A stretch of 64,000 nt of DNA from Mobula hypostoma (lineage: Eukaryota): NCBI RefSeq assembly GCF_963921235.1, contig NC_086109.1, positions 8,558,001 through 8,622,000 of the forward strand. Reading direction: 5' to 3'. Positions 24,719 to 36,100 of this stretch are shown piece after piece. Position numbers and translations under genes: made by a program. The notes beneath the pieces are model-generated. The model was not told the DNA's origin. It worked only from the letters and a program-made list of their open reading frames with translations, and ran no database searches. Numbering within the stretch: position 1 is the first letter of the stretch; every line of letters begins with the position of its first letter.

Positions 24719-26338
24719 GGTTCTGAGAGCCGCCATCAAGACCTTTTTTTGGCTTGAAACATCGACTGTTTATTCCCCTCCATAGATGCTGCCTGACCTG
24801 CTGACTCCTCCAGTATTTTGTACATGCTTCCCCGCACATGTCATTAATAAATTGCAAGGGCACAATGAGGTAGATTGGGAGATAGAGTTCACCTTTAGCG
24901 CATGAGAGGCCTTTTCAGGAGTCTGATAACACTGGGATAGCAGCTGTCCTTGAGCCTGGTGGTACTTGTTCTCAAACCTTTGCCAGTGGGAGGGAGCAGA
25001 AGAGAGAATGATGGGCGTGGGGGGGGGGGCGTTCTTCGATTACATCAGCTGCTTTCCCAAGGCAACAGGAACTGCAGCCAGCATATGTGGAGGGCAGGCT
25101 GGATTTTGTGATGGACATCTCTGTGGTTTCTTGCAGGCCTGGGCAGAGCAGTTGCTGTACCAAGCTGTGACGTGTCTGGACAATTATTGGATATCCAATA
25201 ATCTGAATGTCAGGCAAATGCCAAACTTCACTGAATATGATTGGTTCACGTATTATTATTCACTGTCCGTTGACGTGAATTTATCTGGATCTGTAGAAAA
25301 ACTGTGCAAAACAAAATCCTTAAAAATATAGCTCACTATAAATAACATGCCAAAAAATTTTTGCCTTTCATAGAAACTTATAGCCCACACTTCCTGACAC
25401 CAATCTGGACTAATTCATCAGAAAATAACATATTTTACAGTCGTATTTTTTATGTAAAAGTCCCTTAAGAGGAATCAGTCGTGTTTTATAGTTTAAAAAG
25501 TTACTGAATTTGTAACCGGTAAATAAAAACACCCACCTCCATCCTTTCCACTCTAATACCCACAATAGGCACAGAAAGTACCTCAGTACCTTTGACAGAA
25601 GTTTGAACATATGGAGTTTCATAGAGAGAGAACTCCTCTTCACAGATGTGGGGCAATGCAAAACACAAAGAGGTATCTTTCAGCAGAGTTGGTTTGAAAA
25701 ACTGTTGAGCTGAAAACTTCAGTGACAAGAACCCCGTCGTGGTTTTCAGACAGAAAACTCCAGGTTGTGGAAAGATGTGCGTGTGTGTGGGGTGGGGGGA
25801 TTAGAAGGGGAATAAACAAGTGCAGCTTCAAAGAGCAGTTGTAGTGGATGGAATTTCTGAGGAGGTGGCCGTAAGTTAGTCACAAAGTAGGGATTTTACT
25901 TATTTACGCCACTGGCGTTTAAGGGAGCAATTAATGTCCTCCATCTCTGTCTGTCCATACCAACGCACACGGAGATAGAAGGATTCTTCATTGCTGTCTC
26001 TCTAACAATTTTGTTTGACCAGTCGGGGTTGTTAGCCCTGAGCTTAACCCCAAACCTGGAGGAGCAGCGGACCGCTCTTAGTCTGGCCTCTACCCTATCA
26101 CCTGTTCAGCATGGGTGACCCTACCAAGAGCCAAAGCACAAGGCCCTGATTCTAGACAGCATAGCTCTCCGGATTAGTGAGGCACGCAAGCCTTCAAACC
26201 CGTGGCAAGATCGTGGTCCACTTGGAGGGAAGTGGGGATTTTACAAGATTTTTAATGCTTATCGTTTTGGGAGAGAGTTCCAAGAAGGATTGAATTTGTT
26301 AAAGGTGCACTCAAGTTGGATTGAATGAGAGAGGGGAG

Positions 26339-26421
26339 CAGTGGTTCTCAACCTGAGGTCCATGGACCCCTCGATTAATGGTAAGTTTCCAAGGCATAAA
26401 AAAAAAGCTTGGGAGCCCCTG
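26339..26421. mobile_element. hAT (Charlie-like) MITE, 83 bp
   Basis: CAGTGGTTCTCAACC...GCTTGGGAGCCCCTG with an 8 bp TSD GAGGGGAG/GAGAGGAG (one mismatch). Confidence 0.7.
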
Positions 26422-26447
26422 GAGAGGAGAAATGCACAAAATTGCCA

Positions 26448-26730
26448 CATGCAACAGTGGGCTAAGCACACACCCCTGAGGTGCACCAGTGTTGATCATC
26501 AGTGAGGAGGAGATGTTATTAACAATCTGCACAGATTGTGATCTTCTAGTTAAGAAGTCGAGGGTCCAATTGCAGAGGGAGGTACAGAGGTCCAGGTTCC
26601 GTGGCTTATTGATCAGGACTGTGGGAATGATAGTGTCAAACACTGAGCTATAGTCAACGAACAGCATCCTGGCCTAGGTGTTTGCACCATCCGGGTGATT
26701 TAAGGCCGTGTGAAGAGACATTGAGATTGC
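26448..26730 (-). mobile_element. Rex1/Babar-type RT fragment
   Basis: [15 protein letters not shown]...[12 protein letters not shown]. Confidence 0.75.
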
Positions 26731-27080
26731 GATGATGACCTTGTGGGTTGGTGTTTTATATTCTGTGTTTTTCACTCTTTTTTTTGCCGTTTGTACAATT
26801 TTTTAAAATGTTTTTCTTTGAATGGGTTCGATGGTTTTCTTTGTTTCATGGCTGTCTGTGAGAAGATGAATCTCAGTGTTATATACTGTACACATACTTC
26901 AATAATAAATGTATTCTGAATCTTGAATCTTTGAATACATGTTACCATATATTACCTTGAGATTCATTTTCTTGCAGGCAGTTCCAAAAATAGTTAAAAA
27001 TATATAATAGAATTTACAAAAAAACTATATAAAAACTGACAAAAAACCAATATACAAAAGGTTACACCTCTCACACACTA

Positions 27081-27879
27081 CACTGGACAACAAATTTTTT
27101 CAAAAGCGTTGCTTCCTCAGAATTTTTTTTTTTGTTTATGGTAGACTGCTTGAAGCTGAACACAAATATAATTTCAGACTACTTGTATCACGTAGGAATT
27201 TGGAGAAACAACAAATTAACTTTTACTGAATATAATGTGTTTAATTGCATAATGGTGTTGATGCTTTGCAATAGTTCAACTAAGTTAAAACTATTTTGTC
27301 AATGATTTTCACTTGTACTCAGTGTCTGAGGCTTCTCGCTTAAGTATCCAACAATAATTCGCCAGCATTGATGGATTTCAGTTGCCCTGGTATCTTTTCT
27401 CCATGACTGCAATGTCCTGGTGAAACCTTTCACCGTGCTCGTCACTAACAGCACCAAGATTTGCAGGGAAGAAGTCTAAATGGGAATGCAGAAAATGAAT
27501 CTTTAGTGACATGTTGCATTTCATGGTTTTATATACTTGAAGCATGCTTTCAACCAACTGCATGTAGTTTGGTGCTCTGTAGTTGTCAAGAAAATTTTCA
27601 ATAACATCCTTGAATGCTTTCCATGCGATTTTCTCAGTCCCACTAGAGGTTCTTTGAGTTGCCTGTCGTTGATGACCTGTTTGATTTGTGGCCAACAAAA
27701 ATGCCTTCCTTAATCTTGGTACCAGTTATCCTGACTTGAATTATGAATTGAAATAATAAATATAGGCAACTTTTTAAAAAATGGCACGTGATAAGAAAAT
27801 TTCATGGCGATTTTCATGATCTGCAGCCTAAAATCCATAAGGTACACCCAAAAGGAAGCAAAATCTTTGCTGTCCAGTG
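27081..27879 (-). mobile_element. Internally deleted Chapaev3-type (CMC superfamily) DNA transposon
   Basis: TIRs CACTGGACA(A/G)CAAA and a 3 bp TSD CTA on both sides. Transposase C-terminus MSLKIHFLHSHLDFFPANLGAVSDEHGERFHQDIAVMEKRYQG, continuing past a stop as NPSMLANYCWILKRE. Confidence 0.8.
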
Positions 27880-29539
27880 CTATAAGATGAACTCTTAACC
27901 TCTTGATTTCTCAAACTACCATATCATGGCCATTGGTATTGGTTTGTCATTGTTATATGTACCGAGATACGGTGAAAAGCTGGTCTCGCACACTGTTCAT
28001 ATGACAAAACCATTAGCCGGCACATTGAGGTAGAACAAGGTAAAACAATAACAATGCAGAATAAAGTGTAACGGCTACAGAGAAAGTGCATTGCAGGTAG
28101 ACAATAAAGTGCAAGATGATAACTAGGTAGACCGTGTCCATCTTATCATACTAGGGAACTATTGCATAGTTTTATAACAGTGGGGTAGAAGTTGTCCTTG
28201 AGCCCGGTGTTACATGCTTTCAGGCTTTTGTATCTTCTGACTGGTGGATGAGGAGAAAATAGAAAATGTATTTAGTGTTTAGCTGTTGAATAAACTTTTG
28301 TTAAAAATATTGGAGATGGGGGAAAGAATGGGGTGTAAGGGGTCTTTGATTCTGCTGGCTCCTTTACTGAGGCAGCAAGTATAGACTGAGTCCGTAAGAC
28401 ATAGGAACAGAATTAGACTATTCGACTGTAGAGAGGAGGTTAGAAGGATTTGATGTACAGATTTGTGGTGAGATTTAACCAATTATTAAATAGTAGGGAA
28501 CTCTTTAATAGTCTCATAACAACAAGGATAGAAGCTGTCCTTGAGTCTGGTGGTACATGCTTTCAGGTATCCGTATCTTCTGCCTGGTGGATGAGGAGAA
28601 AGTAGAAAATGTCCAGGATGGGTGGGATCTGTGATCATGCTGGCTTATCACTGCACTTTCTCTGTAACTGCCACAGTACTTTCTGCGTTCTGTTTTTCTT
28701 TTTGCTACCGCAAAGCACCTATGTATGACTTGATCTGTCTGGATGGCATGCAAAACAAAAGATCTTCACCATATCTCGGTACATGTGACATTACTCAACC
28801 AGTACCAATAGACAAACCAAAGTAGGTCAGTGAGACAAGGAGGGCTGGCCAGTCGAGATTCAGAGCAGATGATAATGCAGGTGAATAAAATTCCCTGTAG
28901 ACTCAACATTGTGAGGACAATACGTATAATGAATGACACAAAGCGAATTCCTTCATGAAAAGGGCCATTTTCCTTTTCGATCCTCTGGGACCCTCCAGGA
29001 AGGTTTGGATTTTAGAAGCTGTGATTGTGTAGGTGAGAGTACAGCCATGATTCGTCAGGACTGCAGAGGGCACAGCCTCAGAACAGAAGGATGTCCCTTT
29101 AATACAGAGATGAGGAGGAATTTCTTTAGCCGAGGGTGGTGAATCTGTGGAATTCATTGCCATGGACGGCTGCGGAGGTGAAGTCACTGGGTATATTTAA
29201 TGCAGAGGCTGATAGGTTCTTGATTAGTGAGGGCATCAAAGGTTATGTGGAGAAGGCGGAGAAATAGGGTTGAGAGGCAGAATGAATCAAAATCAGGCTT
29301 AATGTCACTGGCATATGTCATGAAGTTTGTTAATTTTGTTCCAGCAGAACAATGCAAACATAATAATAGAGAGAAAAAATATGTGAATTACAGTAAGTAT
29401 AAGGTTATGGTGAGAAGGCAGGGGAGTGGGACTAAATGGGAGAATGGATCAGATCATGATAAAATGGCAGAGCAGACTTGATGGGCCGAATGGCCGACTT
29501 CTGCTCCTTTGTCTTATGGTCTTGTCTTATATATAGATA

Positions 29540-30482
29540 CAATAGTTAAATAAGTAGTGTGAAAAATAGGCAGTGTTCAGGGGTTCAGTGTCCATTCAGA
29601 AACCAGATAGCAGAGAGGAAGAAGCTGTTCCTGAATCGTTGAGTGTGCCCCTTCCAGCTTGTGTACCTCCTTCCTGATGGTAACAATAAGAAAAGGGCAT
29701 GTCTTGGGTGGTGGAGGTTCTGAATGATGGATGTTTCTTTTCGGAGGGACTGCTCTTTGGAGGTATCTTGGATACTACAGAGGCTCGTGCTCATGATGGA
29801 GCTGACTAATTTTACAACTTTGCAGCTTATTTCAATCCTTTGCAGTAACCCCCGGCTCCATACCTGACAGAGATGCAGCTACTTAGAATGTTCTCCAAGA
29901 CACATCTGCAGAAATTTGAGAGTGCTTTTGGTGACATACAATTCTCCTCAATCTCCAGATGAAATATAGCCATTATGCCGTCTTTGTAGCTGCATTGATA
30001 TGTTGTGTCCAGGTTAGATCCTCAGAGATGTTGACACCCAGGAACTTGAAATTACTCATTCTTTCCACTTCTGATCCCTCTATGAGGACTGGTATGTGTT
30101 CCCTCGTTTTACCTTTTCTGAAGTCCACAATCAGAGCTTTGGTCTTACTGATATTGAATACAAGGTTGATGCTGCGACACCACTGAACTAGGTGGTATAT
30201 CTCACTCCTGTATGCTTTCTTGTCACCATCTAGGAGCCTGCCAACAATGGATGTATTGTCAGCAAATTTATAGATGGCTCTTTAGTTGTGCCTAGCCACA
30301 CAATCATGAGTGTAGAGAGAGTAGAGCAGTGGGCTAAGCACACATCCCTGAGTTGCAACAGTGTTGGTTGTCAGCGAGGTGGAGATGCTATTTCTAATCC
30401 GCACAGACTGTGGTCTTCTGGTCAGGAAGTTGAGGATCCAGTTGCAGAGGAGGGTACAGACGCCCAGGTGCTGGAGCTTTTC
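29540..30482 (-). mobile_element. Rex1/Babar-type LINE 3' part, decayed
   Basis: Antisense ORF SSEMLTPRNLKLLILSTS is the reverse of an FKFLGV motif region. The LLPSGRRY...RFRNSF tail recurs throughout the window. Confidence 0.7.
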
Positions 30483-30814
30483 GATCAGCCATGATCGAAG
30501 GGCAGAACAGATTCAATGGGCCAAATGTCCTAATTCTGCTCTCCTGTCTTATGGTCTTATTGAACAGCTTGGTTACGAGGAGAGACTGAATCTGTTTACC
30601 CTGGAGCAGAGGAGGTGTAGAGGAGATATGATTGAGGTATATGAAATTACGAGGGGTGTAGATGCAGTAGAGGAAAAAAAAATTCCCCTTATCTGAATAA
30701 AACTAGATGGCATAGGTTTTGAATAAGGGGGAAAGGGGATCTGAGAGGAACTTTTTTCAGTCCAAGGGTGGTGAAACCAGAGTTACTACTGGCATTTAAG
30801 AAGTGTCTAGATGA

Positions 30815-31192
30815 GTGGGGCGGAGATACATCTCTACCAAAGAGGGTGTAAGGTGCTCCTTCTCTCCACTAGTCTCCAGGTCATCTTGGCAAAGGTGTAG
30901 CACCTGCTTAGCCCCCTCCCTCGATCAGGATCACGTGAATCCACAGGAGCAGGTGGTGAATGGTCATATGAGCAGCTGGTGCATATCACAAGTACTAGTT
31001 ATGCGACCGTTGACGCCAGGCAGACAATCTCCGAAGGGTATTGAAAATGGCCGGGGTCACCCAGCTTGCAAAGACACTGTCCAGAAGAAGGCAATGGCAA
31101 ACCACTTCTGTCAAAAAAAATTGCCAAGAACAATCACGGTCACAGAAAGACCAGGACCGCCCACGTCATACGACACAGCACATAATGAACGA
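30815..31192 (+). mobile_element. RTE-related SINE-like element
   Basis: 3' part GAAGGCAATGGCAAACCACTTCTG...TTGCCAAGAA resembles RTE/BovB-derived SINE tails. The same 5' head is at 62200-62400. Confidence 0.55.
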
Positions 31193-31312
31193 GCTAAACG
31201 AGCCCTTGAATCACCCAGGCATGGAAGTCCAGGGGCCAAGTACTGGAAGATGGGAAAAACGTGGGTGGATGCCCACCAGTCAGTGTGGGCAAATGGGCAG
31301 ATGGCATATTTG

Positions 31313-31892
31313 CATAGAAACATAGAAACATAGAAAAAAAGGCTTCCCCTTTATCCTTAAACTGTGACCCCTCGTTCTGGACTTCCCCAACATCGTGAAC
31401 AATCTTCCTGCTTTTAGCCTGTCCAATCCCTTTAGAATTTTATACGTTTCAATCAGATCCCCCCTCGATCTTCTAAATTCCAGAGAGTATAAGCCTAGTC
31501 GATCCAGTCTTTCATCATATGAAAGTCCTGCCATCCCAGGAATCAATCTGGTGAACCTTCTTTGTACTCTCTATGGCAAGAATGTCTTTCCTCAGATTAG
31601 GGGACCAAAACTGCACACAATACTCCAGGTGTGATCTCACCAAGGTCTTGTACAACTGCAGTAGTACCCCCCTGCTCCTGTACTTGAATCCTCTTGCTAT
31701 GAATGCCAGCATACCATTCGCCTTTTTCACCGCCTGCCGTACCTGCATGCCCACTTTTAATGACTGGTGTACAATGAGATCTAGGTCTCGTTGCACCTCA
31801 CCTTTTCCTAATCGGACACCATTCAGATAATAATCTGTTTTCCTGTTCTTGCCACCAAAGTGGATAACCTCACATTTATCCACATTAAATTG
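31313..31892 (-). mobile_element. CR1 3' fragment
   Basis: MQFNVDKCEVIHFG...LVRSHLEYCVQFWSP and a CATAGAAACATAGAAA tail. Confidence 0.85.
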
Positions 31893-32409
31893 CATGCAGT
31901 GGCTATCCTTCATAAGGAGTTTGAAGTGATTTGGTATGGCAGCAAAGGCTCTGGCAAATCTCTACAATGTAATGTTGACAGCATTCTGATTGTTTGCATC
32001 ACTATTTGGTATGGAGGTGCCAATGCACAGGATTGGGAAAGACTGCAGGAAGTTGTAAACTTAGCCAGCTCCATCGCAGGCACAATAAGGAGCTTCCTAC
32101 CACTGAGGACATCTTCAAAAGGCGATGCCTCAGCAAGGAGGCATCCATGATGAAGGACCCTCACCACCCAGGGCATTCTCTCTTATTTCTGCCAGAGATG
32201 AGGTACAGGAGCTTGAAGACACACACTCAATGTTTTAGGAACAGTTTTTGCCCAGCACCATCTGACTTCTGAACGGTCCAAGAACCCGTGACCACCACCT
32301 CACCATGAAGCTCTCTTTTTTGCAGTACCTATTTATTGTTTTATATTTTTGTAAATTATGGTCTATTTTGTGTATTGCACTGTACTGCTACCAACAAATT
32401 TAATGACAT

Positions 32410-32913
32410 ATGTCAGGGGAATGCCACAGAGACCAGGTTACTGGCACTAAGCATGGGCCCATGGTGCAGAAGGTAAAGAGGGAGAGGAGGGGAGCGATAG
32501 TGATAGGGGACTCAATAGTCAGAGGAACAGACAGGAAATTCTGTGGACATGGGCAGGGCACCCGAATGGTATGTTGCCTCCCAGGTGCCAGGGTGAGGGA
32601 TGGCTCAGATCGCATCCACAGCATTTTAGACAGGGAGGGAGAGGAGCCAGATGTCTTGGTACATATTGGTACCAATGACATAGGAAGGAAAAGCAATGAG
32701 GTCCTGAAGAGAGAATTTGGAGCACTAGGCAGAAAGCTGAGAAATTGGACCTCCAGGATCGTAATTTCTGGATCGCTACCTGTGCCACGCACAAGTGAGG
32801 GTAGAAACAAGATGTTTTGGCAGATAAATGCATGGCTGAGAAGTTGGTGCAGGGGGCAGAGCTTTGGGTTCTTAGATCACCGGGATATCTTCTATCTTCT
32901 GAGGGAGATATGA
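32410..32913 (+). pseudogene. CR1 ORF1p SGNH/GDSL esterase domain, frameshifted
   Basis: VIGDSIVRG, CLPGARVRD, VHIGTNDIG. Confidence 0.85.
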
Positions 32914-32967
32914 CTTGTACGAAAGTGACGGGTTGCACCTGAACCCAAGGGGGGTCAATATTCTCAC

Positions 32968-33182
32968 GCAAACAACAGGAATTCTGTAGATGCTGAAAAT
33001 TCAAGCAACACACATCAAAGTTGCTGGTGAACGCAGCAGGCCAGGCAGCATTTCTAGGAAGAGGTACAGTCGACGTTTCAGGCCGAGATCCTTCATCCTG
33101 ATGAAGGGTCTCGGCCTGAAACGTCGACTGTACCTCTTCCTAGAGATGCTGCCTGGCCTGCTGTGTTCACCAGCAACTTTGA
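32968..33182. mobile_element. Fold-back Penelope-derived hammerhead element inserted in CR1 ORF1
   Basis: 13 bp TSD TCAATATTCTCAC (32955-32967 and 33183-33195). Inverted arms of about 84 bp are centred on 33098-33099. Confidence 0.85.
33098..33130 (+). ncRNA. Minimal type I hammerhead ribozyme core (predicted)
   Basis: CUGAUGA-AGG[GUCUCGG]CCU-GAAAC-GUC^GACUG. The 5' arm of stem I is replaced by the fold-back junction. Confidence 0.6.
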
Positions 33183-36100
33183 TCAATATTCTCACAGTAG
33201 GTTTGTTCGAACTGTTCGGAAGGGTTTAAACTAAATTGGCAGGCGGGGTAGGAACTGGAATGAAGGTACTCAAGATAGGATGGATGATAAAAAAGCAAAG
33301 ATAGCATGCAATCAGACTGTCAGAAAGAGTAGGCAGATGATAGGACAAAATTGAAACCAGGAGGGTGAGTATCAGTGTTTTAGGGATGCAAAATTAAATA
33401 GGGTAGCAAATACACCACTCAAAGAGTTATATCTCAATGCATAGCGTATAAGAAATCAGGTGGATGATCTTGTTGCACTGTTACAGATTGTCAGGTACGA
33501 TATTTTGGCCATCACTGAATCATGGCTGAAGGATGGTTGTAGTTGGGAGCCAAATGTCTAAGGTTAAACGTTATATCGGAGGGATAGGAGGGTAGGCACA
33601 GGGGGTGATGTGGCTCTGCTGGTAAGGAATGGCATCAAATCAGTAGAACGATGTGACATAGGATTGGAAGATGTTGAATCCTTGTAGGTTGAGTTAAGAA
33701 ACTGCAAGGGTAAAAGGACCCTGATGACAGTTATATACAGGCCTCCCAACGGTAGCTGGCATGTGGACCACAGATTACAACAGGAAATAGAAAAGGCCTG
33801 TCAAAAGGGCAATGTTATGATAGTCATGGGAAATTTTAACATACAAGTTGATTAGGAAAATCAGGTTAGTAATGGATCTCAAGAGAGTGAGTTTGTTAAA
33901 TGCCTATAAGATGGCTTTTTAGAGCAGTTTGTCATTGAGCCTACTAGGAGATCAGCTATACTGGATTGGGTGTTCTGTAATGAAGCAGAGGCGATTAGGG
34001 AGCTTCAGGTAAAAGAGCCCTTAGGAACCAGTGATCACAATATGATCGAGTTCAACTTGAAACTTGATGGGGAGAAAGTAAAGACAGACATAACAGCATT
34101 TCAGTAGAGTAAAGGAAATTACAGTGGTATGAGAGAGGAGTTGGCCAAAGTAAATTGAAAGGAGATGCTGGCAGGGATAACAGCAGAGGAGCAATGGCGT
34201 GAATTTCTGGGAAAAATTAAGAAGGTGCAGGACAGATGTATTCAAAAACCAAGAAATATTCAAATGGTAATATAGTACAACCGTGGCTGACATGGGAAGT
34301 TGAAGCTAATGTAAAAACAAAAGAGAGGGCATACAACAAAGCAAAAATTAGCGGGAAGATAAGAGGATTGGGAAGCTCTTAAAAACCTACAGAGAGCAAC
34401 TAATATAATCATTAGAAGGGAAAAGATGAAATATGAAAGCAAGCTAGCAAACAATATCAAAGTGGATAGTAAAAGGTTTTTCCAAGTATGTAAAAAATAA
34501 AAGAGAGATGAGAATGAATATAGGACCGCTAGAAATTAGGCCGGAGAAATGATAATGGGGACATAGAAACAGCAGATGAACTAAATGAGTATTTTACATC
34601 AATCTTCACTGTGGAAGACACTAGCAGTGAATCAGGTGTTGAAGGGCGTGAGGGAAGAGAAGTGAGTTCAGTTACAATTACAAGGGAGAAGGTGCTCAAA
34701 AAGCTGAAAGACCGAAAGGTACATAAATCACCCAGAGCAGATGAACTGCATCCCAGGATTCTGAAAGAAGTAGCATTGGAAAATGTAGAAGCATTAGCAA
34801 TAATCTTTCCAGAGGACTGGAAAATTGCAAATGTCACTCCATCTTTAAGAAAGGAAGAAGGTAGCAGAAAGAAAATTATAGACCAGTTAGTCTGACTTCA
34901 GTGGTTGGGAATATGCTGGAGTCAATTGTTAAGGATGAGGTTATGAGTACTTGGTGACACGGGATAAGATAGGACAAAGTCAGCATGGCTTCCTTCAGGG
35001 AAAATCCAGCCTGATGAACCCGTTGGTATTCTTTGAGGAGATTACAAGTAGGATAGATAAAGGGGATGTAGTTGATGTTGTATATTTGGACTTTCAGAAG
35101 GCCTTTGACAAGATGCCACACATTAAGCTGCTTACCAAGTTAAGAGCCAACGGTATTACAGGAAAGTCACTAACATGGTTAGAGCATTGGCTGATTGGTA
35201 GGAGGCAATGAGTGGGAATAAAAGGATCCTTGTCTGGTTGGCTGCCAGTGACTAGTGGTGTTTCACAGGAGTCGGTGTTGGGGCCACTTCTTTTTATGCT
35301 GAATATCAATGATTTAGATGATGGAATTTGTTGTCAAGTTTACAGATGCTACAAAAATTGGTGGAGGGGCAGTTAGTGTTGAGGAAACAGGTAGGCTGCA
35401 GAAGGACTTAGACAGATTAGAAGAATGGACAAGAAAGTGGCAAATAAAATGCAATATTGGAAAATGCATGGTCATGCACTTTGGTAGTAGAAATAAATGT
35501 GCAGACTATTTTCTAAATGGAGAGAAAATCCGAAAATATGAGATGCAAAGGGACCTGGGAGTCCTTATGCAGAACGCCATAAAGGTTAACTTGCAGGTTG
35601 AGTCAGTGGTGAGGAAGGCAAATGCAATTTTAACATTCATTTGAAGGGGTCTTGAATACAAGAGCAGGGATGTGATGCTGTGGCTTAAAAGGCACTGGTG
35701 AGATGTTATCTTGGGTGTTGTGAACAGTTTTGGGCTCCTCATCTAAGAAAAGATGTGTCAGCATCAGAGATGGTCCAGAGGATGAGTGCAAGGATGATTC
35801 CGGGAATGAAAGGGTTATCATACGAGAAATGTTTGATGGCTCTGGATCTGTACTCACTGGAATTTAGAAGGATGGGCGGGGGGGGGGGTGATCTCATTGA
35901 AACCATCCGAATGTTGAAAGGCCTAGATAGAGTAGATGTGGAAAGGATATTTGCCACCGTGGGAGAGTTTAGGACAAGAGGGCACAGCCTCAGGATAAAG
36001 GGGCATCCATTCAAAGTAGAGATGTGAAAAAATTTTTAGCCGAAGGGTGGTGAATTTGTGGAATTTATTACCACAGACAGCTGTAGAGGCCGGGTCGTTG

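Noticed and set aside
32410..32913. Host GDSL lipase/esterase gene
   Set aside because: It lies directly upstream of CR1 ORF2 remnants; an esterase domain is a known feature of CR1 ORF1p.
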